DNA of 63,914 bases, filler included, from Reticulomyxa filosa (GCA_000512085.1; 14 parts of 14 records of this genome joined end to end with filler, not necessarily neighbours in it), one strand, 5' to 3'. Shown: positions 11,597-26,050, numbered from the whole stretch's first letter. The notes: generated from the letters alone by a model not told the origin. A program made the numbers and translations.

Positions 11597-14532
11597 GAGA
11601 CAAATAAAGCGCCACAATATCAAGAGTATACGGAGTTTGACTCGCATCGACCATCTCCGGAACTATCACCGAGAGAAAGGGACGTGCAGCCAGGAATGGG
11701 AATAGGAACGGGGATGAGGATCACCATAGGGTTTGAGAAAGAGGAGATTCTGAACGGCGAAGGGGGCGTGGAAGAGGTGGTAATCGAAGACAATCATTTC
11801 GGTGCCGCGCAGTCAGCAATCGATCCGGACCAACAACGGAGCATAGATCCGAACAATGACCGATTCTTCAACGACTCGGCGCCAACGGATCAAAAGCATA
11901 CTCAAGACGATGGCCCTGTCAAAGTAGGCGAACTCTCTGGCGAGGACGAAGACCACAATGACAATAACAATAACAATAACAGATATGATAACGACAATAA
12001 CAATGGCAATAGCAATGATAATAACAATGGCAATGGCATTGATAATGCAGATAACACTAACAACGAAAGCAAAGACCAATCGAAATGGAGTGGAAAAGAG
12101 TCTGAGTATTTTGAAAACGACAACGAGTTGGAACGCGACAAGATCTCCGGTCTCGCTTATCGCTACAGTCATGGGAATCCAATCGTGCACTCCTTGGAGA
12201 GACTGTTGGATTTGCAATTGCGTTTCAGCGACGAGCCAAAGAGCGAGTTATTAGGCGGCGACGAATGGACATCGGCGTACGTATCTGTTCACCGACCCAG
12301 TCACAGCTACATCAAGAACTTGGACTGGGTCTCCTTTAGCGCAAGAGAAAAAGGAGACGACGTCGACGAACATGAGGACGAAAAGAAACGTGGAGACACC
12401 CGCATGACATTGAGACCGGCCGGGAATCTGAAGAGAAATATACGTCCCCCACAAACGCATGCCTTGCAAGAGGACAAAGACTCCCATCGCTACCAAGTGA
12501 AAATGGAGCATCAACTACTACCCGACGAACGACTCATTAAAAAAGTGCGAGGCATTTTAAACAAAATCACGCCCGAGAAATTTGATGTGTTGGCAAAACG
12601 CATGATCAGTCTGGTGCAAGACGACGTGACGAACCAAGACCAATATGCTTTGGTGTTGTCGAGCATTTTGGATAAAGCCGCGACCGAAAATAAGTTTGTG
12701 GAGCAATACGTGGAATTGTGTGTGGAATTGTATCAATCACGATTGAAGCCATTGCTGAAATTGATGAAGATGACCAATGATATGAATGCAACGCGAGGAA
12801 CAGCAAGTGGGAACGATGGAACGGATGAGAAGAAACAAAACAGGTCGGCACAAAAAGAGTTTCGTCGAATGTGCATTGAGTTTCTGCAGACGAAGCTTGC
12901 ATCGCAAAGGATACAAGTATTAGAGAACATTGACGAAATGGAAGAATTCCAATCAATGGACAAAGAGGACGTCGACAATATAAAGATTGCTCGCAAAAAG
13001 AAATTGCTTGGATTTATGTCTGTGCTGGGCGAATTGTACAATCGCGACTTGATTAGCGAAAATATCATCTTTGATGGCGTCATCCCCAATTATCTCGGCA
13101 AAAAAGACTCGCCGCCTCTTCCGTTGGACATTGAATCGCTGTGTGCGTTGCTTGAACAGTGCTGTGTGACTTTGGAAGACAATCCCAGCGCCAAAAGAAA
13201 AGCCGAAGAGTGTCTAAACAAAATGCATTTGTGGGCCAGAGACATGGAGCCAAGGATTCGTTTTCGCGTTGACGCCATTTGCGAAATTAAAAACAACCAA
13301 TGGGTCAACCCCCACAAAACCGATAAGGCCAAAACACTCCGCGAAATTCGTCAAGAATTTTTCAAACAACAGCAAAAGCAATCCTCGCGAACGCTCTCCT
13401 CTAACAAGTCCTCGCTTTTGCATAGCTCGATTCCTGCTGATATCAAACGCGGTCGCAGTGATGGATCGCACTCGTCGCGAGGTTCGTTTTATTATTTATT
13501 CATTTCTTTGTCTATTTATTTCTTTGTTTGTTTATTTGTGGTTATAAGGTGGCAAAGCTCGTAGTAATAGTGACAGCAGATATGGAGCCTCTCAAGGACA
13601 GCTCTCTCGCTCTACGTCCGCGGCGACCTCCACAAAATCGTCGCGATTCGACGACCAGGATGATGAAAAGATTCGCTCTTTTCGATCTTACAATGATGAC
13701 AAAGAAGAAGAAGAAGAAGCAGAAGCAGAAGAACAAGAACAAGAAGAAAATAATGACTATATCGATCGGGAAGAAGATAACACAGTGGCGGTAGACGGAC
13801 GAGAAGATGAAGGGAAAGACTCGAGAAACAACAGCGACTGTGTCGTCATAGCGGAGCCGAGAGATGATCTTAGCAATGAGGAGCTCGTCAAAACTGTGCA
13901 AAAATACTTGCGCGCGCAAGCATTGGAAACAGCAGAGGGCTTTGTGATGCAATATTCGGACCGATGGACGGGCCATATGTGGACGAGATTAATTAACCAA
14001 GTGTGTCAAGAGTGGAGTCCGGATGAAGTCAAAACATACTTTGTGTCTTGGATGGAGACCCCGGTGACAAAAGGCTGGCTCTCCTATTCCATCGTTGTCG
14101 ACATTGGCAAAGAACTTGGCAAAAACTTTGAGTTTGAGTGTGTAGATATACCAATGCTGCCTGAATTTTATGGAGCCACATTCGCCACAATGGCTATGCA
14201 CGGAGCCAAAGACAATTTCGTTGTCATTTTCAAAGATTTTGTCATCACTGTGCGAGACACAGAAGCCAAACCCAAAACTTGGATGGCCGTCCTTCGACAC
14301 GGACTTAAGTACATCACAACTGCAAACCATCAGAACAAAGACTCCGTTTTGACATCTTTTCGATCTTTGAAATTAGCTTCTCTGCTTAACTCCAACTTTC
14401 TTCAGGTTAACTCTTTTTTTTTTTTTTTTTTCTTGCTTCCCCTCTCTGTTATTGTTGTTGGCAATTATTAAAATATCATTTATTGTTTTTAAACTATAGG
14501 ACTGGGATAAAGAACTGACAACTTATTTGTGA
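11597..14532 (+). CDS. eIF4G-like translation initiation factor (MIF4G domain plus C-terminal helical/MA3-like region); 5'-partial
   Basis: KKVRGILNKITPEKFDVL, ILDKAATENKFVEQY, LGFMSVLGELY, PRIRFRVDAICEIKNNQW and KAKTLREIR are typical of MIF4G. The last exon DWDKELTTYL* ends at 14532. Confidence 0.88.
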
Positions 14533-14675
14533 GGAATGAAAAGAAAAGAAGAGAAAAGAATTTGTTTTTGCTATTNNNNNNNNNNNNNNNNNNNNNNNNN
14601 NNNNNNNNNNNNNNNNNNNTTAATTAATTAANNNNNNNNNNNNNNNNNNNNNNNNNNNNNNNNNNNNNNNNNNNN

Positions 14676-15526
14676 ATATACATATATGCATATATGTATA
14701 TAATAAATGCATCAACTTGTAAAGCTTTATCCCTTGCGTCCACAGAATCTCCAACGATATTGCCCAAACCAGCAATGACCTGGTCGAGTGTGTCTAAATC
14801 ACGACTATTTCTCAATATGGCCGCAAAAGCCTCCACACATCCCATCTCAGCCAATTGGCGAGTGTATTCTTTTTCTCCACTTGCAACATTTGTTAGAGCC
14901 CTTTGCACACATTATTCAAACACAAACAAACAAACAAACAAATAAATAAAAAATGAAACCAACTTTTATTGCTTTGTTTTGTTTTTACACAACGCCTATT
15001 ACCACGCGGTTTCAAATTGCAAGTTACATTTGGCTTGCTCTTCCAAGCTTCTATGTTCCCAGTCTTTCACTTCAATCTTTGTTTGCAATATCTTCAACAA
15101 ATCGGATATAACATCACTCTCGAATATTTTCCCAATTGGGATATTTCCTTCTCTACACACCAATTGGCGTATTCCTTTCACACCTTCAGTCATTGGCTCA
15201 AGTTTACCTGACTTCACTTGTTCCACGAAGCTGCTCAGATTTTCTACGCCATCTCCTGATTCAACATTCTCATCTTTTTCATCTTTGCTCTCTCCATTTG
15301 TCGAACCAGTCTTGCTTTTGTTACTGCCTGTAGCATCCATTGCGCTTTTGCTGTTTTCTGAACTCTTCAAGTTTTCATATTCTCCTGTTAGTGCCTTTCT
15401 TCGCTTCGTTAAAAGCTCTTCACGAATTTGACGACGCAAAAGCAATCGATCCTCTTGTCGTTTCGTTTTTCCTGCTTCTGGATCAAGACCACGTTGAAAT
15501 TCACGTTTTTGCTCATTCTTGTACAT
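14676..15526 (-). CDS. Importin subunit alpha (IBB domain + ARM repeats), 3'-truncated by contig end
   Basis: IBB-like MYKN..KRQEDRLLLRRQIREELLTKRRK; ARM motifs LQFETAW|ALTNVASG and QVIAGLGNIVGDS. Confidence 0.9.
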
Positions 15527-15945
15527 GGATTGATGCTTTATTCAAATTATCTATGCAAGTAATCTAGTCTTTCTTGCCCCCCTCCAGTTTTTTTTGAAAA
15601 TTCAAAAATAACTTTTTTTTTTGGAAAATGTTTTCCATTTGAAATGAAATGAGTTTTCTCAATTTTTTGAACAGTAGAGAATAGTTGCGATCATTTATTA
15701 TAGCACTTTCCAGTGTTTAGAGTTTTATGTTTGCAAAAAAAAAAAACGACGAGACGGACACAACCAATATGTTAATTTGCGTGCAGTGGATACTTTAGAT
15801 CAATCATCAAAATGTAGAAAATACACACAAAACAAAAGTGACATTTTCAGTAAAGTGATGACTGGTAATTTAGTTATTTTGTTGCGTATCTTAATGTATT
15901 GTAATATAAGTTTATATATGTATGTGCATACACATATACTCATAA

Positions 15946-18900
15946 TCACTTTGTATCTCGTATGAATGAGGTTAACAAGAAGTGTAATATTTGCAGTGGC
16001 ATTTGTTGATGCAAGTAACGATCAGATATCATTGCAATATCTCGCTTTAATTCATTGATAAACTCGAGTCCATGTTGTCTGCACATGTCCAATAGTCCAA
16101 ACAAATAAGCAAAAAATCCAGAAACCCAATTATTGGCTCCCATATTCAATTTGCGATAGGTTATGCTGTTCTTGCTAACTCCTCGTCTGCTGCTGCTCGG
16201 TTCACTTGGCAAGGGAATAACATATTCACCACAGTTCCGCCACACAGACAATATATCCAAGAATTGTTCACGGTATTTGTTCAACAACAAGCCGTTGGGA
16301 CCGTCTTTGTCGAAACCTTTTGTCTGTTTGCTTCTGCGGCCTATACTTAGTTTGTGTATGGATATGGATGCATACGAACGTCCATCTTTTTTCCCTTTCT
16401 CTCAAAAAAAAAAAAAAGTTGACGTAACATCTTGTTTGATATCGTCAAATAGCATTTGCAATCCAACTAACCATTCGCCATTGATCCCCTTTCGATTGTC
16501 ACATTTAAAGTCCCCAACATAATAAATACCAAATCTCGACGAACAAACAGCAAAAGAGTGATATGTCTGACACTCTTCGTTTTGAAAACGGCCTTTCGAT
16601 GATGCATTTGTATCATTGTGTGCGCACGAATTTGTACTAGCTTGTTCCGAAGCAGAAGCCGGAGAATAGTTGAAAAATTCGGAGAAGCTTTGCGACTGCA
16701 ACTGACTACTTGTAGCACCAGTAGTGGCAGTGGAACTGTTCTCAATTCGGTTTGAAATGATATTGTTGTTACTACCATTCGTATTGCTATTGCTATCGTT
16801 TATATCAATGTCATTGTTATTGTTATTGTTACTGTTATTGTTATTGTTATTCTTATTGCTATTGTTATTGTTATTGTTATTGTTTGTGTTATCACTCGAC
16901 ACGGGGCCATTTAGATTTGGCGACTGCAACGTTCCCAAAACCAAAGGAGGCGAAGAAAATTCATGTCGCTTGGTTTTGCCGTTGCTATTTTTATTGATGA
17001 CGGTATTGTGACAGGGGCCTCCAGCAAAGGACACTTCTCCGTCGCTGGTATTCGTTGACATAAATATCACTGTCTCTTCTTCACATAGCATTCGCAAATA
17101 TTCCAATATCAAATCGTCTCGTGTTTTCTTAGTGGTCTGGAAACAAGTGGGATGCAAATAGCCCCGATGATTGCGACTTCGTCGAGGACTCCCATCCACG
17201 CGAACAATTTTGATCACTGATTTGGGAATTTCAAAGTACTGTTGCAATGTTCCGAAAAACGTATCAAAAAACAATGTCTTCAGCCACCTTTCCAAACAAG
17301 CCAAAATGTAGTTGCCTCATTTGTATATATCACGTATATATGTACATATATATATATATATATGTATATACTGTATTGTTGAAACAAAGGTGACATATAA
17401 GCAAGTTAACTCATGACGATAAATGTAAGGATTGATCATTTCCGAAAAGGTTGCTCGCTCTCTTTCTGGCAAAAGGCTCAGATCATGTTCAATGTCGTCT
17501 GTTGTCAACTCATCGTACTTTTTTTTATCACAATTCTTGACTAATCTGTAACACACGTTCTTCAGACGTGTCATTATGAATCGATAGTCAATTTCGAATA
17601 CGTTCATTGTGTACGGCTGGTTTTCAAACTTTTCGTTGATGTTTGCTGGGTTCAATCCAGTCGGTTCTATGTTTTGATCCCGTCGTTTATAGATTATACG
17701 CAATTTACCATTCTACTTCCAAAAGCATAGATTTTTATTGACAAAGCATTTTAAAAAAATCCAACTGTTTGTTTTCTTTCTCTTTTTATTAAGAACTGAA
17801 CTTCTTCAACTACTTCATTATGCAACTTGTGCTTTTTTCTGCTTTTTTCTTTGCCTTCTGTTCGAGATAACTTCTTAACAAGAATGATCACAAGCACTTA
17901 TGTGTTTATACTATCCATTAGGAGGAAAAAAATTATATATGTGCATATATGTATGTACCGTATATGTATTAATAGCCAAAAGAGAAAAAATAATGACCAA
18001 ACTTTTGCTTTTTTTTTTTTGTTTTCTTTCCTTTGGGTTTATTTGGTGACGCCTTTGGCACTTTTATCAATGTTTCATGATCTTGTTGACCTTCTTGAAG
18101 ACTCTCGTTTCTCTTGTTCACGGCTTGCAGAATTGTTTCAGAAAAGTTTGACTGCAAAACAAACGGCAACCGCAAACAAGTTTCTCTTGAAAGTGGCTTT
18201 AATTGCAAACCAAAAACATAGACACAATAAAAAGAAGGCATTTTAACGGGCTCGGTCATTGAAAAAAAAGAAATTTTGGAAGCCGTTCTAGCGCTCATTT
18301 CACTGGCTCCATTGATCATCTACTTTCAACAACAACCAAAATTATTGATTGATTGATTGATCAATTAATTGAATTAAATTGAAGTTAGAAAATAAATCAT
18401 TCGAAAGAAACGAACATAGATTTATATACTTGTTGCACGCCATAGTTAAGGACTTCGTCCACGACCTTGGACGGTGGAACTAACTCTGTTTTTTCTTTGG
18501 AAGAAACAAATGGAATGGGAAGTGACGGCGTCAAAGGCAACAAACTGGGGTTGATCGTCATCCCATTGCTTGGCACTGTTGAGCGGGATGGGAAAGATAC
18601 ATTGGAAGGATTTTGAAATATGTTCATTTCAGTAGAAGAAAGAAACGAAGCTGGAATGCTGCCCATTGATAGTAGATTTTCACTGTTGACTGTGTCTTTA
18701 CGGGGTTGCTGTATCTGCATTCAAACAACAATAAGACAGTGAATTATCGTTTATTTATTCCTATTTTTTTTTTTTTTTTTTTTTGAATGGAGAAAAAAAA
18801 AAGAAAGGATAATACAAAACATCATACCAAAAAAGGTGGCACAGAATTCGAGGATATTTGTTGTTTTTGTTGCTGGTGCTGCTGTTGCAACATTGCTTGT

Positions 18901-19160
18901 TTGGCCATACTTCTTTCTTGAACGATTGACATTAAAGCGTTTGTCCAATGTTTATTGTTTTTGTGGTCAATGATTTTCGCCAAAGGGTTTAATGCATTGA
19001 TATCCAAACATCGAAACGCACACTTCATGAGATCCAAGCCATGTGAATGTGCAAAAATTATATCCACTTTCGGAATCAATATTTCATGCAAAAAACGAGA
19101 TTGAAAATGTACGTATTTGAGATTCAAAAACGATTCCAATGCTGCGACGCCTGAACAATG
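15946..19160 (-). CDS. Hypothetical multi-exon protein with poly-Asn/Gln tracts; 5'-partial
   Basis: Chain of minus-strand ORFs (18822-19253, 18397-18720, 17317-17703, 16402-17304, 15946-16290) separated by intron-like AT/TA-repeat segments. No family recognised. Confidence 0.6.
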
Positions 19161-19273
19161 AATTGTGTATATGAAAAAAAAAAAGGGGAGGGAGGGGGGG
19201 GAGAGGAAAAGATAGTGATTGGTGCATTTGTACGTATGTATGTATACGTGCATATACGTTTCACTGACAACAA

Positions 19274-19310
<37 letters not shown>

Positions 19311-19410
19311 NNNNNNNNNNNNNNNNNNNNNNNNNNNNNNNNNNNNNNNNNNNNTTAATTAATTAANNNNNNNNNNNNNNNNNNNNNNNNNNNNNNNNNN
19401 NNNNNNNNNN

Positions 19411-19943
19411 CACTCCGTATTTTTCAATAGTGATGATGGTAATGACGACGGCGAAATCAACAATGGAGTCGATATTGACATTAATATTGATGAGGAAGGA
19501 ACTGCTAATCCATTGAATAAAAAAAAGGAGACAATGTATGTAAGTGATGACTTTGAACAAATTTCGAGTTGGGAAAGAAGTGGATAACTCGTCGATTTGA
19601 TCCATGCTTCATTCATGGCAAAAAATGTCGATATGCTCACGGTGATGAACGTATTTATCAGTTTCTTCGTTGGCTGTTTCATGATCCCATTTGTGTGAAC
19701 GAACGCATTGTGGTTATTTGTGGACACTCGATTTGGTTTCGACGCTTTTTCAAATCTTATTTGCCCAGGGACTTCAAACATCCTATCACAACTCTTAAAA
19801 TGCAAAATTCCTCTGTCTTTCAGTGTCAACTCATACACTTTGTTGATAACAACGATCCTTTGCAAAAGGATCGATATTGCATTGATCCGGATTCCATATT
19901 GACTATACGAGGAGGATTTCGTAGTCCTTCTAAAATTTTATAA
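19411..19943 (+). CDS. Histidine phosphatase / phosphoglycerate-mutase-like protein, C-terminal fragment
   Basis: RIYQFLRWLF...IVVICGHSIWFRRFF...KMQNSSVF fits the second His motif region. The N-terminal RHG motif lies beyond the contig edge. Confidence 0.65.
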
Positions 19944-20564
19944 AAATGTTTTTTATTATTAAAATTAATATTTTTAGTATTAGCTATTATTTTATATTTT
20001 TTTTACTCTTTGCATCTGCTTTCTATTACAGCGTATTTTATTGCACACAATTTTCTTTAGTCTGGTTGTTTGTTAGGTCATTGTAGTTTTTGAATCTTCA
20101 GTATAATTTGGAATTATCTTTCTATTTTATTAAAATTGATTGGGTTTTGTCTTTGTCGTCATTGCAGTCTGACTGTGCAAGTGCTAATAGTAAAGTACTA
20201 TTATTGAAAAGAAAGTGTTTTTATAGTAACATCATTTATCAAAATTGAGATTTTTGTTTTTGCAACTAGAAAATTTAATTTACAAATGTAGACTAACGTT
20301 CTTTATTTAAAAAAAATGTTAAATGATGATATTTATAAGTGTTATCAAATTACAACACACATTTTAAATAGAGAACATTCAAAATAACAAATTAGCATGC
20401 ACAACAAATAATGTGCTTTTATATCTATCCTTTTTTAATTTCAACTCAAACAAAAATTATTTTGNNNNNNNNNNNNNNNNNNNNNNNNNNNNNNNNNNNN
20501 NNNNNNNNTTAATTAATTAANNNNNNNNNNNNNNNNNNNNNNNNNNNNNNNNNNNNNNNNNNNN

Positions 20565-22056
20565 ACGCGCGCGCGCGTGTGTTATGTATCACTTTTTTTA
20601 TTTATTATTTTTTTTGCAATGTGCACTAGTGTGATAGGCCACGTATACACTTTGTGAACGTGTAAAACAATGTAAAGCAAGTTATTCCAAAGACACATAA
20701 AATAGGCTTTTTTTTTTTTTTTGCAAAAGGGACAGCCTGATCGTTCAAACAAACAAACAAAAAACATACGAGGTAATGTTGTGAAACAATTGAACGACCA
20801 GTCCTGAGAAGCGAATCCGCTTTTTCCAAATTTTAACCGATGGCACGGCTTTGGTGGATTTATTGCTATGGTTGTTACTGTTATTGTTGCTGCGCTTGCT
20901 TTTGTCGTTGGCATTGTTGGAATAAAAGTCCACATCCGCCACGGTGAGCTCTTTCAATTGCAGTCGCAACCTCGTTTTCCTAGCGTCGTCAAAGGGGGAA
21001 GAATGGATAATTAAAAAGTTGGTGTTGGTGATGTGGATTCGCAAATTGAGCAACACTCTTTCCACTAATTCACTGATGTATTGCATGGCTATATTGCGAT
21101 ACTTCATATTGCCACTCGTTGTCTTTTTCTCCTGCGTTTTGTCTTTTTTACCCTTTGATTGTTTTTTCTTGCCTTGCTCTTCATCCTCGTCATTGTCATC
21201 TTCTGACGCTTCGTCTTCTTCTACCGGCAACTCCTCTGGCTACCAAACAAACAAAACAAAACAAAAACAAATTGGATTTATTATATTATATATATATACA
21301 TATATATAATATAATAAATCCAATTTGCTTTGACGTTGCATTTATTTGTTTGCGGGAAACAAATGAAAGGTTACGTGCGTTTTCGTTTTTGGTTTTTTTT
21401 TTTTTTTTTTGTTTGTTTGATGGACGGCTCAAACTTGTGATTGAAACTTTTCTGCCAATCCTTGGTGTAATGCAACTAATTTTTTTATCTGTTTTTCGTT
21501 CATGTTGTCAATGGATAACACTTTTGATAGTCCCGTTACCAATGGCGTATAATTATACTTTGACAGCTCCTCGATTATGTTTTCTTTATCAATCAATGGC
21601 ACTACGTTCATGCTCAGTCCATCAATATGCAGTACGCACGCTCCATTCCACAGTTCCAAAAATGGACACTCGATCTCTATTCGATTGATTTTTGCCGAGA
21701 CTACATAAAATGACCTTCCTTCCAGGAGTTTGTTCAATAACTAGTTGTTGGTTTTTGTTTTTTTTTTATACATATAACTCTCTTCTCTTGGGGCTTTTTT
21801 TTTTTCAAAAAAAAAAACGGTCGGACAAAAAAGTTCAAAATTGAGTGTGTTTTTTTTTCTTGTTTGTTCTAACCTGACAGTTCAGGATCAGATTGGATAA
21901 TTCAATTTTACCTTGTGCCAGCTGGATGTTCAACGACTTTGGGTCAAGTTCGTTACAGAAAAATTTGCCTATGAGTTTCGTCAAGAAAAATTTGTAAAAT
22001 GTCCTTAAAGGCGCTTTAAATACAGACTGCAAAGCTCCAGAAAGCATTTTCCCCAA
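20565..22056 (-). CDS. ATG2/VPS13-type chorein-N lipid-transfer protein, N-terminal fragment
   Basis: YKFFLTKLIGKFF..LDPKSLNIQLAQGKIELSNLILN, then SAKINRIEIECPF..L..CVLHIDGL and ISELVERVLLNLRIHITN. Confidence 0.75.
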
Positions 22057-22678
22057 GATTTTCGTTTATCAGGGGAGCAAAATCCAAATAATTTTTTTTT
22101 GTGTTCTCCCCTGTTTTCCCCTTCAACAAAAAAAAAAAGAACCCAAACTTTAACGTTTGCAGCGTATCTGCAATAGTGGGGAATTCCTCCAGCAAATAAG
22201 ACAAATTTTATTAAAATAGACATGGTTTCTTTTCTTGTATATTAGAATTTTTTTTTGTTGGCTCCAAAAGTCTTATCCAAGAAAAAAAAAAGGTAGATTG
22301 TGAGCCAATGTAATACACAAACATAAGTGGTTGTATTAGAAATAATGAGTACCCGAGTAAAAAAAAGTAACAACTTCAGGATTGCATTTATGTACTTATT
22401 TTTTGAAATCCATCTTCTTTTTCTATGAAAAGAGAAGCCAGCGATAAATTAGTAGACACTGTCAAGAAACAGTTGACACCATGCAAAAAATGTAAGGAGA
22501 TAAAAAAACCAAGATAAACAAGAAGACCAATCCAACATCAAAAATCTGCACACAAAGAAAAGCATCATCCATATCGCACCGTTTGTACAACTCTTCGATG
22601 TCTTCTTCGTTGCAAAAAAAAAAAAAAAAAAAAAAGAAAAAAAAGAATTGATTGAAAACATTAGTTGTTGTTGTTGTT

Positions 22679-24286
22679 TTAATTCCAATCCACTTTTGTA
22701 ACAGTCGATGTAGTACTTCCGACATTGGTAGTGTCATAATGTTTCGCCTGTTGATATTGCTGACGTTCCACTCGAGTGGCCAAGTAGACGGACAGCGAGT
22801 GATGAATGCAATGGCAACAGCGCAAGTAGTGCGAGTTATATTGCTTGTACGTAAGCAACAGACACGTAGCATTTAACAAGACGCTGATACGCAGCATAAA
22901 GGCATACTGCAAGAACACAAAGATGGACATGCCGGCGATGGTAAGCAAGACCATGAACACCGTCAAGATGGTATTCTTCAAAATGACCCCCTCGAATTGG
23001 GACGCATGTTCGCCATGTGACGTAGTGCGACGCTTTTTTTGAGCGATTTGTGTAAAGGACATGGCTGGCTTGATGTCGACAGGGTGATTGATGCTATGGG
23101 AAAGCTGTTCACTGGGACTGGAAGGACGTTGAGCTGGCACGTTCGCACTTGCAATAGGGTTGGCGTTGTTGGAAATGTGCAACTCGAGATCGGAAGGCAC
23201 AGGCTCCAAAGTGGCCGGAACGGACTCGGCGGTCCATGTCAGCGCAATGTCGACAGCGTTCCCCTGCTCCTCTTTCTTTGCATTTTCCACAAACGTAGGA
23301 TACATAAAATCGGCCTGAGCTGGGTCGATCTTGAAGTCGGTCAGTCTGAACGCCCTACCGTCTCTGCTCTCTCGAGGAGTTTCGAACGAAAACTGCGACA
23401 GCTGCGCATGGCCCGGCGTGTACGTACTGCCGGTGCGTGTGCTCGTGTTACTGCGACTGCGAGCATGAGGAGTATCTGTGTTTGCAGCTGTTTCCGTTTT
23501 GTTTGCACTGATATTTGAATGGGTCTGAAGTGTTGCATTTGTATTTGTATTTGTATTTGTATTTGTATCTGTATTTATTATGTTGACATTAGTATTGGCA
23601 TTGGTATCGGTATTGGTATTGACATTGGCATCATTGTTAATGTTCGCATTGGTATTAGTGTTAGTGTTAGTGTTAGTGTTAGTGTTAGTGTTGGAGTTTG
23701 TATTGGCATTGAAATGGACATGGGCGTTCAAATTCACTGCACTTTTGCTGGACGAGTATGTGGTTCGATTGGAAGTGTCATGGCCACTCATTTCGGGATG
23801 GGCCTGGATTGTGCTAAGGGTTATGGTGTCCGTCTTTGTGTTTGTGCCAGTGTTGGTTTCCGTCTCGTGAATCGATTCGTCGTCCTCTTCGATTATTTCA
23901 GCTGTACATTTTTTTTTTCAATCCAATTCAATGGACAAAAAAAAAATGTCCAAAAAAATTATAAAAACAATAATTCAACAACATATACATATATATGTAT
24001 ATATATATATATATGTATATATGCTTTTACCTTCTTGACTGTCCTTTAACTCAATACTGTTCTCGCGATCATCTCCATGCTTTGCTCGTATGCGACTCGG
24101 CAGTTTGCCATCAACAACGCTGTGAATGGTTTGCAGCGGTGGGGCCTCGTAGAGAATGCTAACGGCCGGCGTGATGCTGGCGCTTCCGGCCACGACCACA
24201 CTGCTGCGATTGCTATAAGTGATGGGTCCGTTGGTTATATTATTGTTGCCATTGTTATTGTTATTGTTATTGTTATTGTTATTGTT
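22679..24286 (-). CDS. Membrane protein fragment: long low-complexity (NT-repeat) loop followed by two C-terminal TM helices; possibly 7TM-like
   Basis: ORF 22679-23791 with (NT)n repeats, then hydrophobic helices ILTVFMVLLTIAGMSIFVF and ISVLLNATCLLLTY, ending in YLRCCHCIH. An upstream exon lies near 24040-24286. Confidence 0.55.
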
Positions 24287-24386
24287 NNNNNNNNNNNNNN
24301 NNNNNNNNNNNNNNNNNNNNNNNNNNNNNNTTAATTAATTAANNNNNNNNNNNNNNNNNNNNNNNNNNNNNNNNNNNNNNNNNNNN

Positions 24387-24423
<37 letters not shown>

Positions 24424-25036
24424 TTATACTAAATATATATAAATGTATACATACATATAATGTACACATATGTTTATATAAAGTACCAGTGTCCTGTTGT
24501 TTGAGCATTTTTTCTTTTATGAAACACTCGGCGTACTCGCTTCGCCTTTGTTCATTGACGAGCACATAGTATGCCTCTTGCGCATCCATGAGCCTCTTCT
24601 TTGCATGTTCTCGGTGAATATGGTCTTGTGGTCGCTTGAGCTTCTGCTCGCTTTGGTATACGATACTGTCAGGGTGGCATTGTCGGTTGATTTCGTAATA
24701 TGCACTGCGGATCTCTTTTGTGTCTGCATGCTTACTAACACCCAAGGTTTTGTAGTAGTCTTTCAACACACCGTCTATTGTTCGCATACGCTGTCGCCAT
24801 TTTTGCTTGTCTCTTCTTTCATTAAATTCCTTGTGGAATTCCTCCTGCCAGTTTTTTTTATGCGTTTTGGCTGAGCTGGTCTGGCTTCGACTAATCACCT
24901 AGCTTTACCAATTCAGTAGTATATGTTCAGAGTTGCATCTTTATTTTGTGTTTCCCAAGAGGAAAAAAAAGCTGACTTTTGAGGATTTTAAGCAATAGTG
25001 TGTTTGGCATATCAGACGGGCAAGGAAGGTCGTCAT
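24387..25036 (-). CDS. DnaJ (J-domain) protein, possibly mitochondrial; 3'-partial
   Basis: DYYKTLGVSKHADTKEIRSAY...CHPD...AQEAYYVL...RRSEY. Basic N-terminal exon MTTFLARLICQ from ATG 25036. Confidence 0.85.
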
Positions 25037-26050
25037 TTATATGTATATATATACTTTTTTTTTTTTGCAACTGCCCTGCATTTGCAAAACACAAAACTGC
25101 TATTACAAGTATTGTAAATTAATTTTGATTTATTAAAATTGATCGATAAAATCATTTCAACACACTTTATCAATTGCATTTGAATTTATTACGGTGGACT
25201 ACAAGGCAATTTCTTCAAAGGCTAGAAATGCCCGGAAACTTCTCAATACGGTGTGGTTTTGAAAAAGCTTTTTTGTAGATTGCTGATATCCAGCAAAAGG
25301 GTTTTAATGCTAAAGAAGTCATCCAAAAGAAAGGCAAAATAAAACACGTTTAGATATCATAAAAAATCGAAAGTCAAATTGAAACTGACAAATTAGACAA
25401 AATAAAAACAGTTTAAACAATGCTAATTTTAAAAAAATGTAATGAAATTTTGTGTTTAACGTGTCGCTTAATCTTAAAAAAAAGAATAGCAACTTTAATA
25501 CACCTTTTAGCATAATAATTTGCAATAGCTGCTAAAGGGTTGATTTCTTCAAAGAAAGGAATCAGCACATATTAAAACGAGACAGTAGTCAATTATACAA
25601 CTGTTAATTGCACACCAGAACAACAAGAAACAAGGTACCTTTCTGCTGTTTCCTCTCCCCAAAAAGAGATGCATTGTCGTGGTCTATTTCAATGTAATTT
25701 TTGTATGGTCTTTGGCAGTGTTTTTACAAACTAACAGCAATGTACAATAATTAAAAAATTGAGAGTTTTTTTTTTCTCTCTGCCAAAGCGATTATATGTT
25801 AAAAACGAGCAATTAATCAAAAGAACAAAAAATTGTAAAGAAAAAAAAAAACCTCAAATGTAAAACAATCCAAAGCAAAGTTGTGCAACGCACTCCTTAG
25901 TTTGTCAAATGGACAAACTTTTATTAGTTCCCTTGGGACTTTTATCTGCTTCTTTTCCTTTGGCTTGTTATTTAATTTTCACTGTCAGCAAAAAAAAAAA
26001 AGGGGTTAAATCGATGAAAAACGATATTATGAGAGCACACGTGCGTGCGA

